Shown here: positions 51,611 to 64,000 of the stretch, in pieces
Layout of the letters: each line of letters begins with the position of its first letter
How positions within the stretch are numbered: position 1 is the stretch's first letter
DNA from: Octopus bimaculoides
Taxonomy: Eukaryota
NCBI RefSeq assembly: GCF_001194135.2
Contig: NC_068984.1
Coordinates: 46,359,964-46,423,963, forward strand
Direction: 5' to 3'
DNA: 64,000 bases
Made by a program: the position numbers and the translations under genes
Notes under the pieces: model-generated
Seen by the model: the letters and a program-made list of their open reading frames with translations, nothing else
Database searches by the model: none
What the model was told of the DNA's origin: nothing

Positions 51611-53946
51611 CTCTTCCATATACGAATGTTCCTATGAAACATCATTATCCTGAGTGTACTGTTCCCATAGCCTTTCTGTGAGCCTGAACAGGGCATGAGA
51701 TATACCGTTTACTTACATCCAAATGGGCTAGCTATTATATTTATTTGACATCTCTTCTCTGATATTTTGCTCCATTGTATAATCAATGAACATCATTAGC
51801 TTACAAGACGAAAACAAAAAAATGGAAATAACATATTATAGAACTCGTATGAGAAATTCGTGGGTTGAAATTGTTGAAATGCTGCTCAACACTGCTGTAT
51901 TTTTAGAGATATTCCAGTTTATAACCTGCACATAATTATTTTATTTTGGCAGATTTTAAATATTAATACTGACACAGGTGAAAACCAGAGCAACATCAGA
52001 TTTGTAACGTTGGAATAACTACCTAAAGGTTGTACTGCATAAGGAGTTATACCGTTATAAATAATACATATTATCTTCCTATTTCGATAGTGCAGTGTTA
52101 ACAGTATAGCGAGGGCAAAATCGGCTTTTATAAAAAATTAGTGTATTTGCTCAAAATCATTTCATATCATTTGAAATCAGTACCATAGATTCGAAATATA
52201 ACAAGCATGTAGTTAATTACATTGTTTCGTATTTTTCCTTACTTATCACAGGCGGGATTTATATTTTATTTTCAAATAGGATTGGTTGAATCTCTGACTA
52301 GTTTTGATTGTTATAATCTTACATATCCATAAGTGAAATAAGAGAGAAATACTTTTACTTCTTATGCTGATGGTAACAGGATTTAAGCAAATGGACTTCG
52401 CACCCTACCAAGGGAATCCGTCGTACAGTCACTGTAAATAATCACCAAAAAACTCAGCTGAGATATTTACAATGGAAATTTCCTTTTCCTACATTCAAAT
52501 AGACAAAACAATCAATACATAAATGCCATTTGTATATAATACTGAAATGAATGGAAATTTCTGAACTTCAGGTGACACTCGCACGTGCGTCTATAGTAGT
52601 GGATACTATAGACTAGACATTTGTATTGATCGATTGATTGGTCTATATGTAGTCACTTTCTGCTAGAAATATCAGTCCGAACACCTCCAAGTCAGTACTA
52701 CCCGTCTCAAAAAATATCTGAAAGTTACCTTGGTTTAGTCCGCTGAGTTCCTTTGCAAGAACCACAGACTTTCAAGATTCTTTTTCTGAGATGTAGATTC
52801 GAGTCGCATTGCAGATGGAAAGGATTAATTTGAGCACAGGTATAACTGTATGGTCAGAAATATTTGCTTCGTACTCATGCAAGTTTAAATACTAGAACTG
52901 GTGCTACGATTTCAAAATAATCACTCTTGGATTCATACTTAAGTATATAGGTGTTGCTGTCGAAGATCGAAGTTAAAATACGTAGATATAACCACATGTA
53001 TATCGAAATATCTCGAATAAGGAAACCAGATCAAGTTGTTGGCAAGAAGTTTATTAAATAGTAGTCTCTAAAGATACAACTGAGTTTCCTGATAATTGTT
53101 ACTAATAACCAGAACGACTATAGAAGGAAAGCTGATATGCTTGTATGAAACACTTCCACTCAGTTATAAAGTACTTATAATGACTGACATTTCTGTTATT
53201 TGTTGGGTTGCATATCGTCTCATAATTTGTAGTTAAATTACATGCAGGTACACGGATATCTACTCACTAAAGGCGGAGTACAGTGAAAACATGCAAAAGG
53301 AATATAGAGGAGCAAAGTAATGAAGAAAAATGCCAGCAAAGGTAAAAAAAGACAGAAATATGATAGAAAACGAAAGAAATGGACGAGCCTTCATGCATGT
53401 CCTTCGTTATAGGTCTCCGAGTCTTCCGTTGTAATCGTAATGTTTCGGCTAATCACAGTTTGAAGATCCAATAAATTCATAACAGTGATGTGATTATAGA
53501 GTGCACTTTGAAATGTTATGGCACGCGCACACGTGTGTGTGCGCTACCAAAGGAAAGGAGAAAATGAGAATGGGAGAGAAAGAACTTTTTCGGGTTTACG
53601 TACCCAATACAAGAAAATTAAATAAAAAAAGATTCAGAAACGCGTGCACATCTATGCATGCATGAGAACGCAAACACTTCTGTCATAGCATTTCCTGTGT
53701 TTTATAGGCGTGGAGTGAACAAAACCAACTTTGCATATATTGATACTATCAGCGACTTGCTGTGCTTCCTTACCGAATATTAAGGTGATCTCTATCTTTT
53801 CTGATGAACTGACAAAACCTATAAAAATGATATTCTGAAATAAATCGTAATCTCTGCCTACATATCGCTACATACATACATGCATACGTAAGTACGTACA
53901 TACATGCATATATATATATGTTTGTGTGTGTATATATATATATGTT

Positions 53947-53987
<41 letters not shown>

Positions 53988-54063
53988 GTATGTATGTATG
54001 TATGTATATATGTACGTATTTATGTACGTACGTACGTACGTATGTATGTATGCATGTATAACT

Positions 54064-54350
54064 GGCATACAGTTGGTTACGACGTCGTGTGTTCCAGTTG
54101 GTCTAATCAGTGGAACAGCCTGGTAGTGAACTCAGCGTGCATGTGGTTGATCAATGAGCAGGCACATATATCATTAAAGTAGTTCAGCGTGACACAATAT
54201 ATGGGTCATTGAATTACAGGTATAGCTCCTTTTCACCAGTAGCATGAAGCAAAGTGAAATGAAATGTCTTGCTCGAGGACACAATGTGCCGCCAGGAATC
54301 GAACTCACGGCCGTACGAATATCCGCAACACTAATGTACTTAACCATCAC
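54064..54350 (-). mobile_element. tRNA-derived SINE, family C
   Basis: Minus strand: TGGTTAAGT (A-box-like), GAGTTCGATTCC (B-box), TGTGTCCTCGAGCAAGACATTTCATTTCAC, ending CGTCGTAACCAAC. Confidence 0.75.
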
Positions 54351-54977
54351 ACACTTACACACACACACACACATACCCACACACATACACACGCATGCCC
54401 GCACGCGCAGTATGTTCGTTCGTTAATGCGAGTACGGATGTGGATCTGAATTTAATATCTAATTTTATAGTCAAGCATGTTATAATAATATCGTTCAGCT
54501 TTACAAAATATATACGACTATGTTTGGGTACATCTATGTATCTGCATGTGTGCATATCAATTTAATTGATTACGCATAAGATAAGAAGGCAACTTTCCCT
54601 CCTCCCCATATATATGTATATATATATATATATATATATAGGGAGGAGAGTAATTTATATATGGTTTAATATTTTTTTATAGTTTCAATGTCTGTGGCCT
54701 TAAAACAGCATATTTTCCCAGTGTTTTAAGTATGTTGTGGTATTTCTGATTGATACTCATTGTATCAAATGCTAATATATCGATTATCACACTTGCCATT
54801 TTAGCACAAAGCGATTTTATTAGTCCTTTATTACGTGATATGTTGCTGTATCGAACACGTAAAGAAGAAATCTGATAATTGTGTACAATCACGTAGACAT
54901 GCTCATGCAGAAGTACAAACACGCAAAACATGTGCACACACAAACCCACGCGCACTGGCGCACACATACACGGTCAC

Positions 54978-55026
<49 letters not shown>

Positions 55027-55381
55027 TTGTGCGTGTGTGTGTGCGTGCATATATGTATATATTTGTATAATCTGCTGAAAGCTATCATTACTTGTAGAGT
55101 TTCTCGAGTTTTGTATTTCCATTTTCTATTCAAAGTAATCATAAAATGAGAAAAAAAAATTCTTCTAAAGAGACAGGCATTCGTACACGAACTCTTACAC
55201 ACGCGGCCACACCAATACCTATATTTATAATAGTGAATGTCTGTACATATAGCTACATGTGTGTATGTATGTATGTACGTATGTATGTATGTATGTATGT
55301 ATGTATGTATGTATGTATTTATGTATGTATGTATGCATCTACCTATCTCCTTATCTACCTATCATCGATCTCCCCGCTCTC

Positions 55382-55453
<72 letters not shown>

Positions 55454-56964
55454 GTGTGTGTGTGTTTGTGTGTTTGTATGTGTTTTCTCATGGAAAAGTG
55501 AACCTACAGTAGATTTATATCAGTAAAATAAAAGCATACAAATGAAATAATGCCTCAGGTACATATTTCAGTGATCCTATAAAAAAATCCAACAACGTAA
55601 AGGATTGATGAAGGTAATATTCATGAGTTATAAACAAAAATAAAACATCCTAACGTTAGATTTTAGATGCAAAACAGAGAAAAAAGTAAAACATATTTAG
55701 GTGTCTATAATAGGAAATAACGTGTATGCTTGTAAGCATGTTTATAAACCAGTAAATTATGGAACCAATAGGAATATACAATAGCTATGAAACCCAATGG
55801 TTTTCTATTTACAATGATATGAATTTCTTTTGAAGAATTTATGGAAATATAGGGATGAAATATAGCAGATGATCTATATAAAATGAATGATATCATTATT
55901 GTGAGGACAATGGTAGATAATGATCGATTATATTTTGAGAATAGCAAGTTGGACTATGAGCTGGATTAAGATTAAAGACATAATTATAGTTTAGGCATAA
56001 TTGGATAAAGGATAAGTGAATAATGTGTAACGTAAATTTCGCATTGCTTGTAAAAATGAAGAAACAATACTTTCTTCTAATTTAAAGAATTCAAATTTAG
56101 GAGGAGAGAACAAGATCTAACATTTTTATGTGTATGCCTAGTTTTGAGATGTGGTCCTATTTTTTCATTGGGTGGCAATCAGTGACATTTTATTAGATTT
56201 TATAGATAACCCTTATTTTATCACTTGTGATGATTCCCATCAAGAAAGTTTCGCGATAAAGTCCAGTCTCCATTGTCGAGCGACGGGTACCTCTTTGATG
56301 AAGCTGAGAAATAATTAGATGACAGGCCAACTGGTCATGTTTACACACATTTCCTTGTATATGAAGGTGTTTTATGGTCGAAGTGAACAGAGATGTTTCG
56401 CTAATTCTCGTACTGTTTGCTTTGCATTTTCCGCAACTACGGTTTTCAGAAGCTCAATATTCGCAGAAATTAAGCATCCAGATCGAAAAGAATCTGCGAG
56501 ATAAAGCTTTGACGAGTGAAACTAGATAAACTTGTTGATGTGACCAGAAACTTAATGTTTCCATAGACAGACGGAATCTTTACCCTTCTATTGCTTTATG
56601 TAACATAGATCTGATCTAAACTTATGTTAAGTGGGAAAATCGAATTTAACCAAAATGTTGCATAATAATCTGGAAAAGAGTGAAAAATAAAAACTCTCAA
56701 AATATGTAAAAAGTAAAGCTTATATTAACCGTATCTTTTTTAAAAAAGTAGTCTGAATGTGATAGGATTTTATTTCCAATCTAATATATAATTACATAAT
56801 TATTAAAGTTCAATGTAGGGAGCAAATTATGTGTACTTGTAAAATATAGAAATGAATGGAGGACGAAAAGAAACGTTGGCAAATGTAATTCAAAGATCAG
56901 GGAAAATTATAAATTAAGATGGAATCAACACATAGATAAGTGTAATAATTCTTTCTTCTATACG

Positions 56965-57020
56965 CACGAGGCTGGAAATTTTGCTGGGAGGAGGGGGCGA
57001 GTGAATTACAACGACCCAGA
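56965..57020 (-). mobile_element. SINE family B 3' fragment
   Basis: Reverse complement CTGGGTCGTTGTAATTCACTCGCCCCCTCC...AAAATTTCCAGCCTCGTG resembles the family B tail. Confidence 0.55.
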
Positions 57021-58478
57021 TGAGGACAAAATCCGTCAAAATGTAAATAATGTAAATAACGTACATAATGCCTCATCTCTTAAATATAGAACTGTATTTT
57101 TACTATTGATGTAATTAATTAGTCTGCTGGCAATTTTTTTATAAGTCATGCATTTTATGAGAAAAATGTTAGTAAGGAGTTACAGACAATTTAGAGTAAA
57201 ATAAAAATAAAGGCTACGAGAAAAAGATTAAGAGAATAGGCCTTGGAAACGAATGAATCTAAAGTATATAAAATAAGAAAACAAGAATATAAGCATATTG
57301 TGATAATAAAATGCAAATACTTAAACGTGGAAATATAAATACCGGGATTTATACTATTATATGCAAACAGGTAAACATAAATTGTATACGAGTCTACCGT
57401 AGAAACGATTAGCATTTCAACGGCATTTATACGTCACACTTGTAATCCTTTTCAACTTTGATATCAGCAGTATGTTGGAACGTTGGGAAGTCACAATTGT
57501 AGCAATGGGATGCCACTCTCGGAAGGAGTTAAATATCTTGTAAGAGTCTCCCGTAGAACATTTTCCTGATTTGTTAATGGCTTCTCAGAAGAAACGTATT
57601 AAATCACGTTTCCCTATCGATACCCAAAGAATATGATCTGTTAATCTTGTGGATAGATTAATTTGTTGTCTCGTCACTAAACACTGCATCGATCTTGATT
57701 GAAACCAAATTTAAATATTTTAGAAATATTTTAACTGAAACAATACGTTATAAGAATGGAAACATTTCTTCTATGCTTTCTGTGTATACGAAATAGTGGT
57801 GGATGTGTATACTGAAAATCCGTTTCAAGATTTGTTCTGCGTAAAATATAATAATTTCATTAATGTCCCTTCTTCATATAAGATATTGCGTTAATTAATG
57901 ACATGCTCTTTAAAGAACAAATATGCAGATTATGCTACCCGCCATGTATTAATGTAATTATTGACCGCTATGTATCGCAGCAAAAATATCTTGACACTGT
58001 CTATACATTTGTGTATAATTATTTCTATATATGTTTTGGTTAGTTTGTATTACAGCATACTGATTTTACGTTCCATCTGTTTCTGTTTACATGTTTATTT
58101 ATCACTCTGTCAAACTATCGGTATTTTGGTAATTAGTTACGCGCATACGTCAATGTATAACAATCTGTCTGTGTTCATGATCTATAAAAATGATGTGGTA
58201 GACTGAGTGTGTGAGATTCATGACTGCGATATATTATAATGGGTGGTCTATGTAGGTTTGAATTTTTTGACTGCATGCTGTGTAAGGTAGGTGGGAAAAG
58301 ATATTTACATGTGTGTGCGTTGGTGTTTGGGGGTAGTTTAAGTAGAAGTATGTATGCTGAGGTAAATAAAAATGGTGCGTGAATCGCTACATGTGTTTGT
58401 ATGAGAGTGTTAAGCTGGAGTCTACGCTAATGCCTGCGTGTGATATTAATAAGTCTATATATTGATATTAATCTACAA

Positions 58479-58795
58479 CAGTGGTTCTCAACTGGGGTAC
58501 ATATAAGAATTTTGGGGGTCCACGTAACAAAATAGTAAACTGGGGTGTCCACGATAGCATTTAAGGGTCTCTGAAAAAAATTTGCTTTCGATGTATGTAT
58601 CAGTGGGTATTGCAAGAAATAACTAGGTTTCTTTCTGTCTGTAGCATTTTACATTGTTCAACCTACACAAGTTAATGTATGGAAAAGCAAAATAAGAATT
58701 TTGAAAGCAATTTCTATAAAACTAGATTTTAAATATTAAATGACTATAGGAGTCCACTAGAATAAGATAGTAACCAAAGGGGTCCATAGGTAAAA
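58479..58795 (+). mobile_element. hAT(Charlie)-like MITE, copy 2, right TIR missing
   Basis: Begins CAGTGGTTCTCAAC; aligns with the 51464 copy; ends GGGGTCCATAGGTAAAA where mariner sequence starts. Confidence 0.72.
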
Positions 58796-58799
58796 CATG

Positions 58800-59247
58800 C
58801 AAGTTCGTCAATTCTTTGGTGACAGTCGTCCACATTCAGGTCATGAATTTCATGATGGTTTCATTCGTTTGAGAGGTCGATGGTCGTCCTGAAAGAGATT
58901 GGTCCTCAAGCAACAAGTGACCATTCCTAAAGCCTAGAAACCACCCGTAAACTAGTTTCTTGTTCATGATAGCGTTCTTATGAGAACTGATTCGGCCGCT
59001 GTTTCCCCAGCAGGAAACAAAATTTCATGGAAGCACGCTGTTCCTTCGTTTCAGCTATCACGAACATCAACAGAGGACGAGCACTGCAAAACAAATACGC
59101 TCCCCGTGAAAGTACGACTCCTCCCGATAATGCCAATCGGCAGCCTGATACTTGAGGGTCGCATCAGGTGGCTTTTAGCAGTGGAAGCCTGAAATACAAA
59201 GGGTTTCACCCTCAACGAACGTTTACATTAACTTTTGGGTACCCTCG
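58800..59247 (-). mobile_element. Mariner 5' third (TIR and HTH)
   Basis: On the minus strand TA-CGAGGGTACCCAAAAGT terminus (59247); EQRASMKFCFLLGK...VYGWF..FRNG..LEDQSLSGRPSTS. Confidence 0.85.
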
Positions 59248-62200
59248 TACATATATATTGCGTACACGCAGAGCAAGAATATATTTATTCACATGTATAA
59301 TACATATGTAACAGTAGAGGAAAATTAACTGCAGGTAGACAATGTGATATTTATATTAAGCTGGTTAATGTGTAACGTTTCATAAAACCAATGTCAAATA
59401 GAATCCTATAGAACATAACTCAGCTAATTATTAGAGAACATGACATCTGATATATTTATGCGTAGCAGATGTATGGTGTGAGTTTAAGTTAGACTGAACT
59501 GATGTTACAGTAAGCACGTTGTTGTAGACATCAAATGGATCATTCTGTCTTCTTAAAGATTTGTAGAGCTACATTATCTAATTTGTATTGTCTAAAAGTC
59601 ATTATTCTTTAAACTTTGATTTTGTAATTTTCTGCAGTGTGTGCGATCAAGAGGAGCTCCCCGCTTGTTTCGACAGTTTGTAGTAGTAGTTGGTCTTGCT
59701 TAGTAAGATGTCACTGCCAATTGAGTTGACTTAAGACAAAAAGATATTCAAGTCGTAACAATATTGTCTTTCATGTTTCTCGAATTATGTAACTTACGCT
59801 ATGTTATCTTATGCATATATTTTGAAAGACAATACGGTGTGATTTGAGGAAAATTCAACTACTGTTCCTAGCATACTGAGTGAACCTGTAATAATCCTCT
59901 ATTATCGAGTTACCAGCTTTTATTTGTTTGAACCAAGGTCAACCTTAAACAAGTAGATCTATGTTCAGAGACATTCTAGTCATTAATGACCAGTGTATTT
60001 TTTTCATCTTTGTGGCAAACACAGAACTACATTATCCAATGGTCTTTTTTCTAAGACGGTAAAAAATGTTGCTGCTATACGTAGGAGGCTGAGAAACCGT
60101 GTAGAATAAGACCCCCCACCCACCCTCAGTGGAGAAATTCTTGTTTATGAACGTTAAGTAGTTTTTAGTTATGTACATACTAAAAGTTAGTCTGGACCAC
60201 ATGATTTTTCTCTCTCCGTAATTTGTTCACTATGCAATATTTTTTTAGATAATGTGAATTTTGTCTTCTCCTTTGGATCTATTTGTCTAAGTGCTTCATT
60301 GTAGTAATGCTAAGAGCATTAAAATGTTATCTTGTATGTCGTGGAAGGATATATTTTGTACTTTCCTGCTAATTTTGCAGAGTAGAAATTTTTTGTCGTG
60401 AATTGGTAGTTAGAGGTTTTGATAATGTAGAATCCGACATCGTTTGGCTCTCGATAAGGATGTTACTATCCAACGCGATATCTAAACTGATTTGTTTTCG
60501 TTTTTTAGATTAATTTTGTCAATAACATTTAGTTGGAAATGCGTAAAACCTTATATTAAAAAATAAGTAACGTTCACCCAAGGGTGGCCGTTCGTGTAGG
60601 GAGAATACCAGCTTTACTTAAAATATCTACAACTCCTTTTATCCAAAGAATAATTATTCAAACTTGTTATGGTTTGAATGCTTACTCACGCAAAAACAAT
60701 ATGATTTTGGATATTTTCCGGTCTATAGTGTTATGTGTACTTAATTGTCTTGCAGAAGTTCACTTTTGCCATAAACATATTTTGAAAAAGCATTCAAAAC
60801 TACATAAAGGTTTATTCGTTTTAGTTAGTGTTCTCGTCTCTTTAAGGTGTTTCATAAAACTTCATCCATGTCTGCAAATAATATTTAGAAATCTAAATAT
60901 ATTTCTCTAAGTGTTTCGAATATAGACGTACTGAATCTCAAAATAGGATACAATTAGATAAATCCATGAAATGAATATCCATTCATAAACTTATCATAGC
61001 GATATACTATTAAAGTCAATCCAAATTCGTTGGATCTTTTGAAAGGGTTTTCAGTAATTGTAAAGAAGCGTTTCGTGGGTTAGATAAAATCCAATGATTC
61101 TATTACAATCACTGAATATGTAGATTATAATTTTCTTTTTTTTTTTAAAGCAAGCTATAATTTTTATGTTGATTTTCTTTGAAAGACGCACACATTCAAA
61201 AGTAAGCGCACATATATACACTGGAATGAAAAATGAAAGCACATAATCCTAGAATATTCTTAAGTATTGAACATGGAAATATACAAAATAAGCAGCAATT
61301 AAGCCTCGTAAAACACACGATAAGAAACATTATAAAATGTGACTACTGGAGTTAGAATTTTTAAACTAAAATAGTAATAAATGACTATTAATATGTTTTA
61401 TTTTTACTTAAAAGTCTAAAATAAAATACTCATGAAGCTACGACTAATTGGCTGCTAGTTTACACATTATAAATTTGATATTACGAATTTATATATTTTA
61501 AAAAATCACATTATAGCAATTTAAGCAAAATTGACCATTGTAATACCTAATATTGAAAAAAAAAAAAAACCGTATGGAGTAATTTTGACATTTTGTACTC
61601 AATTTCTTCATTAGCGTTCATTTTCTTTTTGCATATCTTTCTAACTGTAAATAGAAAATAATTTGCTATGTGGTAATGCAAACTTTAACGAAATTAATTA
61701 TTTTGCTTGTTCAATAATTTATTTCCTATTTTTTTATTCTTTGGAATCACATATATTGTATATGAGTTTAATTGTATAACACAATATCTCTGATCTAATG
61801 TTTTTGTATAATGAGTTAAAAAAAAAAATTTTTAACAAATACGATACAAAAATAAGAGAGAAATATTTTGAATTAATGCTACAAAATTTTTAAACAAAAT
61901 TATTAACTTAATTTCATTGCAATCTTCTTATTGCAATGAACAGCCCCCTCCCCCCAAAAAAAGGTTAAGAAAAGAAAACTGTGTACGCACTATTTGATGA
62001 ACACTTTCAGATATTCATTTAGCAAATCCTATCATCAGCAGCAATATTTTAGGATTTTTTCTTCCTATCCTGTACTTTTTCACCCTTAATTACTGTTTGT
62101 TCTGTAATTTTGCAGGTCCAATACTTAAGAATATTCTAGGGCTCTGCGCCCGCATTTTACATTGTAGTTCATTTTCATTTCCAATCAGTGCACCCATTAC

Positions 62201-62882
62201 TACAATTAATTATATATAACATTATAATTGAAAAGAAAAAAAGCAGTACTGTTATAAATATTTTTAAACACAAATTTTGTGCAAGCTTAGAAATTTTGTT
62301 TGCACTTTAAAACAACAAAAGGATTAACAGCAACATATCTTTTACAAATATATATATTTTAAAACAATTTCTATTATGGAATAATGTTGTATTCTCATTA
62401 AATAATCAGTAATTAATTTTTTTTTGTTATGTTAATATGCTTTTAATATGTAGATATTTTAACACATAGAGAGAATAATAAAAACTATTATTAAATCGCA
62501 AAACATCACAATTTTTATGGTTAATGAAATTTCGTTGCTGTTAGAATATGTTACAAAGTAATCCTTTTAAGAAATTCTTTTAATTGTTATTAAAAAACAA
62601 ATACAAGGTGTACGTGTTTAATCAAGGTTCCCAAGTAATACTTTTAAGTAATGCTTTTAATTAGTATTTTGACAAACAATGATTATGATTTTAAAAACAA
62701 TGAGAAAGTATGTGGTCCTATATTTTGCATGCGTTTGTGCTGATGCATATTTATACACACTTTTACCCATATACACATGCACGCACACATGTATATACAC
62801 ATGTACACATTTATACCCACACATATATACACAGAATTACATATCTTCATATTTCACATATAAATATATACATATATACATA

Positions 62883-64000
62883 CACCTAGAACCACACTAA
62901 TATCTTAGGAATGAAATTTAGGATTTCTGGGTTCACTGCAAATGGATTTTGATAAAATATTTCCCAGCTAGTTTGCACACTATGGTAACACCAATGTTAT
63001 GCTTTCATTATTCTGTGTAACAACCTTTTCTTTTTTATTTCAGATTCTTCAGTTTTTCGGAGGAATCACGCTAATAACGTCTCTCCCCTCTAAGAACTAT
63101 GGAACGTGGAAAAGGCCTTAACGATGAAGAAAAGTCTGTCATCTTCAAGGAAAGTGCTAAAGGCACTTCTCTTCATGTAATTGCGGAGACGATAGATCGT
63201 TATGTGGACACGGTTAGACGGTTCCTGAAGGACCCTTCGCCAAGGAAGAAAAGATCCGATTGTGGGACCTCTAAGACTGTGACAGCAAGTATTTAAGGAA
63301 AATTGACCGCAAGTTACGTGGGAAACATGGACAAACAAGCAATGCCATTTTCACCGCCACCAGACTTCCTCATATACCGAAAACCATCAGAAATCATGAC
63401 AACGCTCCCTCCCACTCTGCTAGGACCACCCAAACATTACTAGGGCCTTACGGCATACAAGGTGAAAGGTTGATGGTGTGGCCACCAGCATCTCTGGATT
63501 TCAACCCTATCCAGAATTTTGGTCCGTCATTAAACAAAATGTTTTTTGCCGATGGACGCTAATTTACATCAAAAGATGTCTTATGGGCGACCATCAAAAC
63601 TGCAGTGGAGGCAGTCCAACCTGCTATTACGAGGTAATTGACAGATTCCATGACTAAGAAGGTTTTTGAAATTATCCCTCGAAATGGTGCTCATGTGGCT
63701 AAATAATTCATTATGTCTCATTATGTCAATAAATGTTTTTAATATTATTATGATTTTCTGTTAGATATATACGCAATGTATGCTTAAAATGTATCATTAC
63801 CCTTTATGTTCTAAAAAAAAAAAATGATGGGCTATTTTCATTCAAAAGCTGCTACCGTGGTTAACCCAAAAACTGAAGAATCTGAAATAAAAAGGAAAGG
63901 ACGTTACATAGAATAATGAAAACATAGCAATGGTGTTGCCATAGTGTGCAAACTAGCTGTGAAATGTTTTATCAAAATCGATTCACAGTAAACCGAGAAA
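62883..64000 (+). mobile_element. DD37E/TRT-like Tc1 element, internally deleted, long TIRs (right TIR runs off the window)
   Basis: 62883-63065 is the reverse complement of 63860-64000 (e.g. AGCTAGTTTGCACACTATGG / CCATAGTGTGCAAACTAGCT); ATG 63099 MERGKGLNDEEKS...; HDNAPSH...GERLMVWPPASLDFNPIQN with 37 residues after D; stop at 63704-63706. Confidence 0.9.

Noticed and set aside
56319-56504. Possible hAT transposase C-terminal remnant
   Set aside because: Only vague resemblance; no intact motif.
59620-62120. Three acceptor-like TAATTTT(CT)GCAG sites (about 59637, 60380, 62116)
   Set aside because: No matching strong donors or recognisable peptides; expected by chance in AT-rich DNA.

Overview
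AT-rich eukaryotic genomic DNA from a gapped short-read-type scaffold (13 N-gaps, about 2.6 kb, most bordered by microsatellites). The SINE families and the (TA)n/(CA)n/(TACA)n density look like an octopus genome; this is inferred from recalled repeat families, not from a database search. I find no supportable host protein-coding exon, so the window is intergenic or deep intronic. Every recognisable ORF is a decayed transposable element. Retroelements: a CR1-type LINE (6.3-8.1 kb), a Penelope-like element with a GIY-YIG domain (14.8-16.2 kb), a Dong/R4-type LINE split by a SINE (32.7-35.0 kb) and three tRNA-derived SINE families. DNA transposons: two full-length DD34D mariners with TIRs (22.8-24.0 and 24.8-26.1 kb), three mariner fragments, a Tc1 with D35E spacing (30.5-31.5 kb), an internally deleted DD37E/TRT-like element with long TIRs (62.9-64.0 kb), a Helitron fragment (48.3-49.1 kb) and several MITEs. 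The best signals invisible to the ORF track are three minimal hammerhead-ribozyme motifs: 14350-14387 (-, near intact), 16148-16183 (+, at the Penelope 3' end) and 44438-44527 (+, decayed). There is also a pre-miRNA-sized hairpin (18745-18802) and a 216-bp fold-back MITE with ~80-bp arms inside a mariner. These belong to known element classes; I see no evidence for a wholly new multi-gene system.
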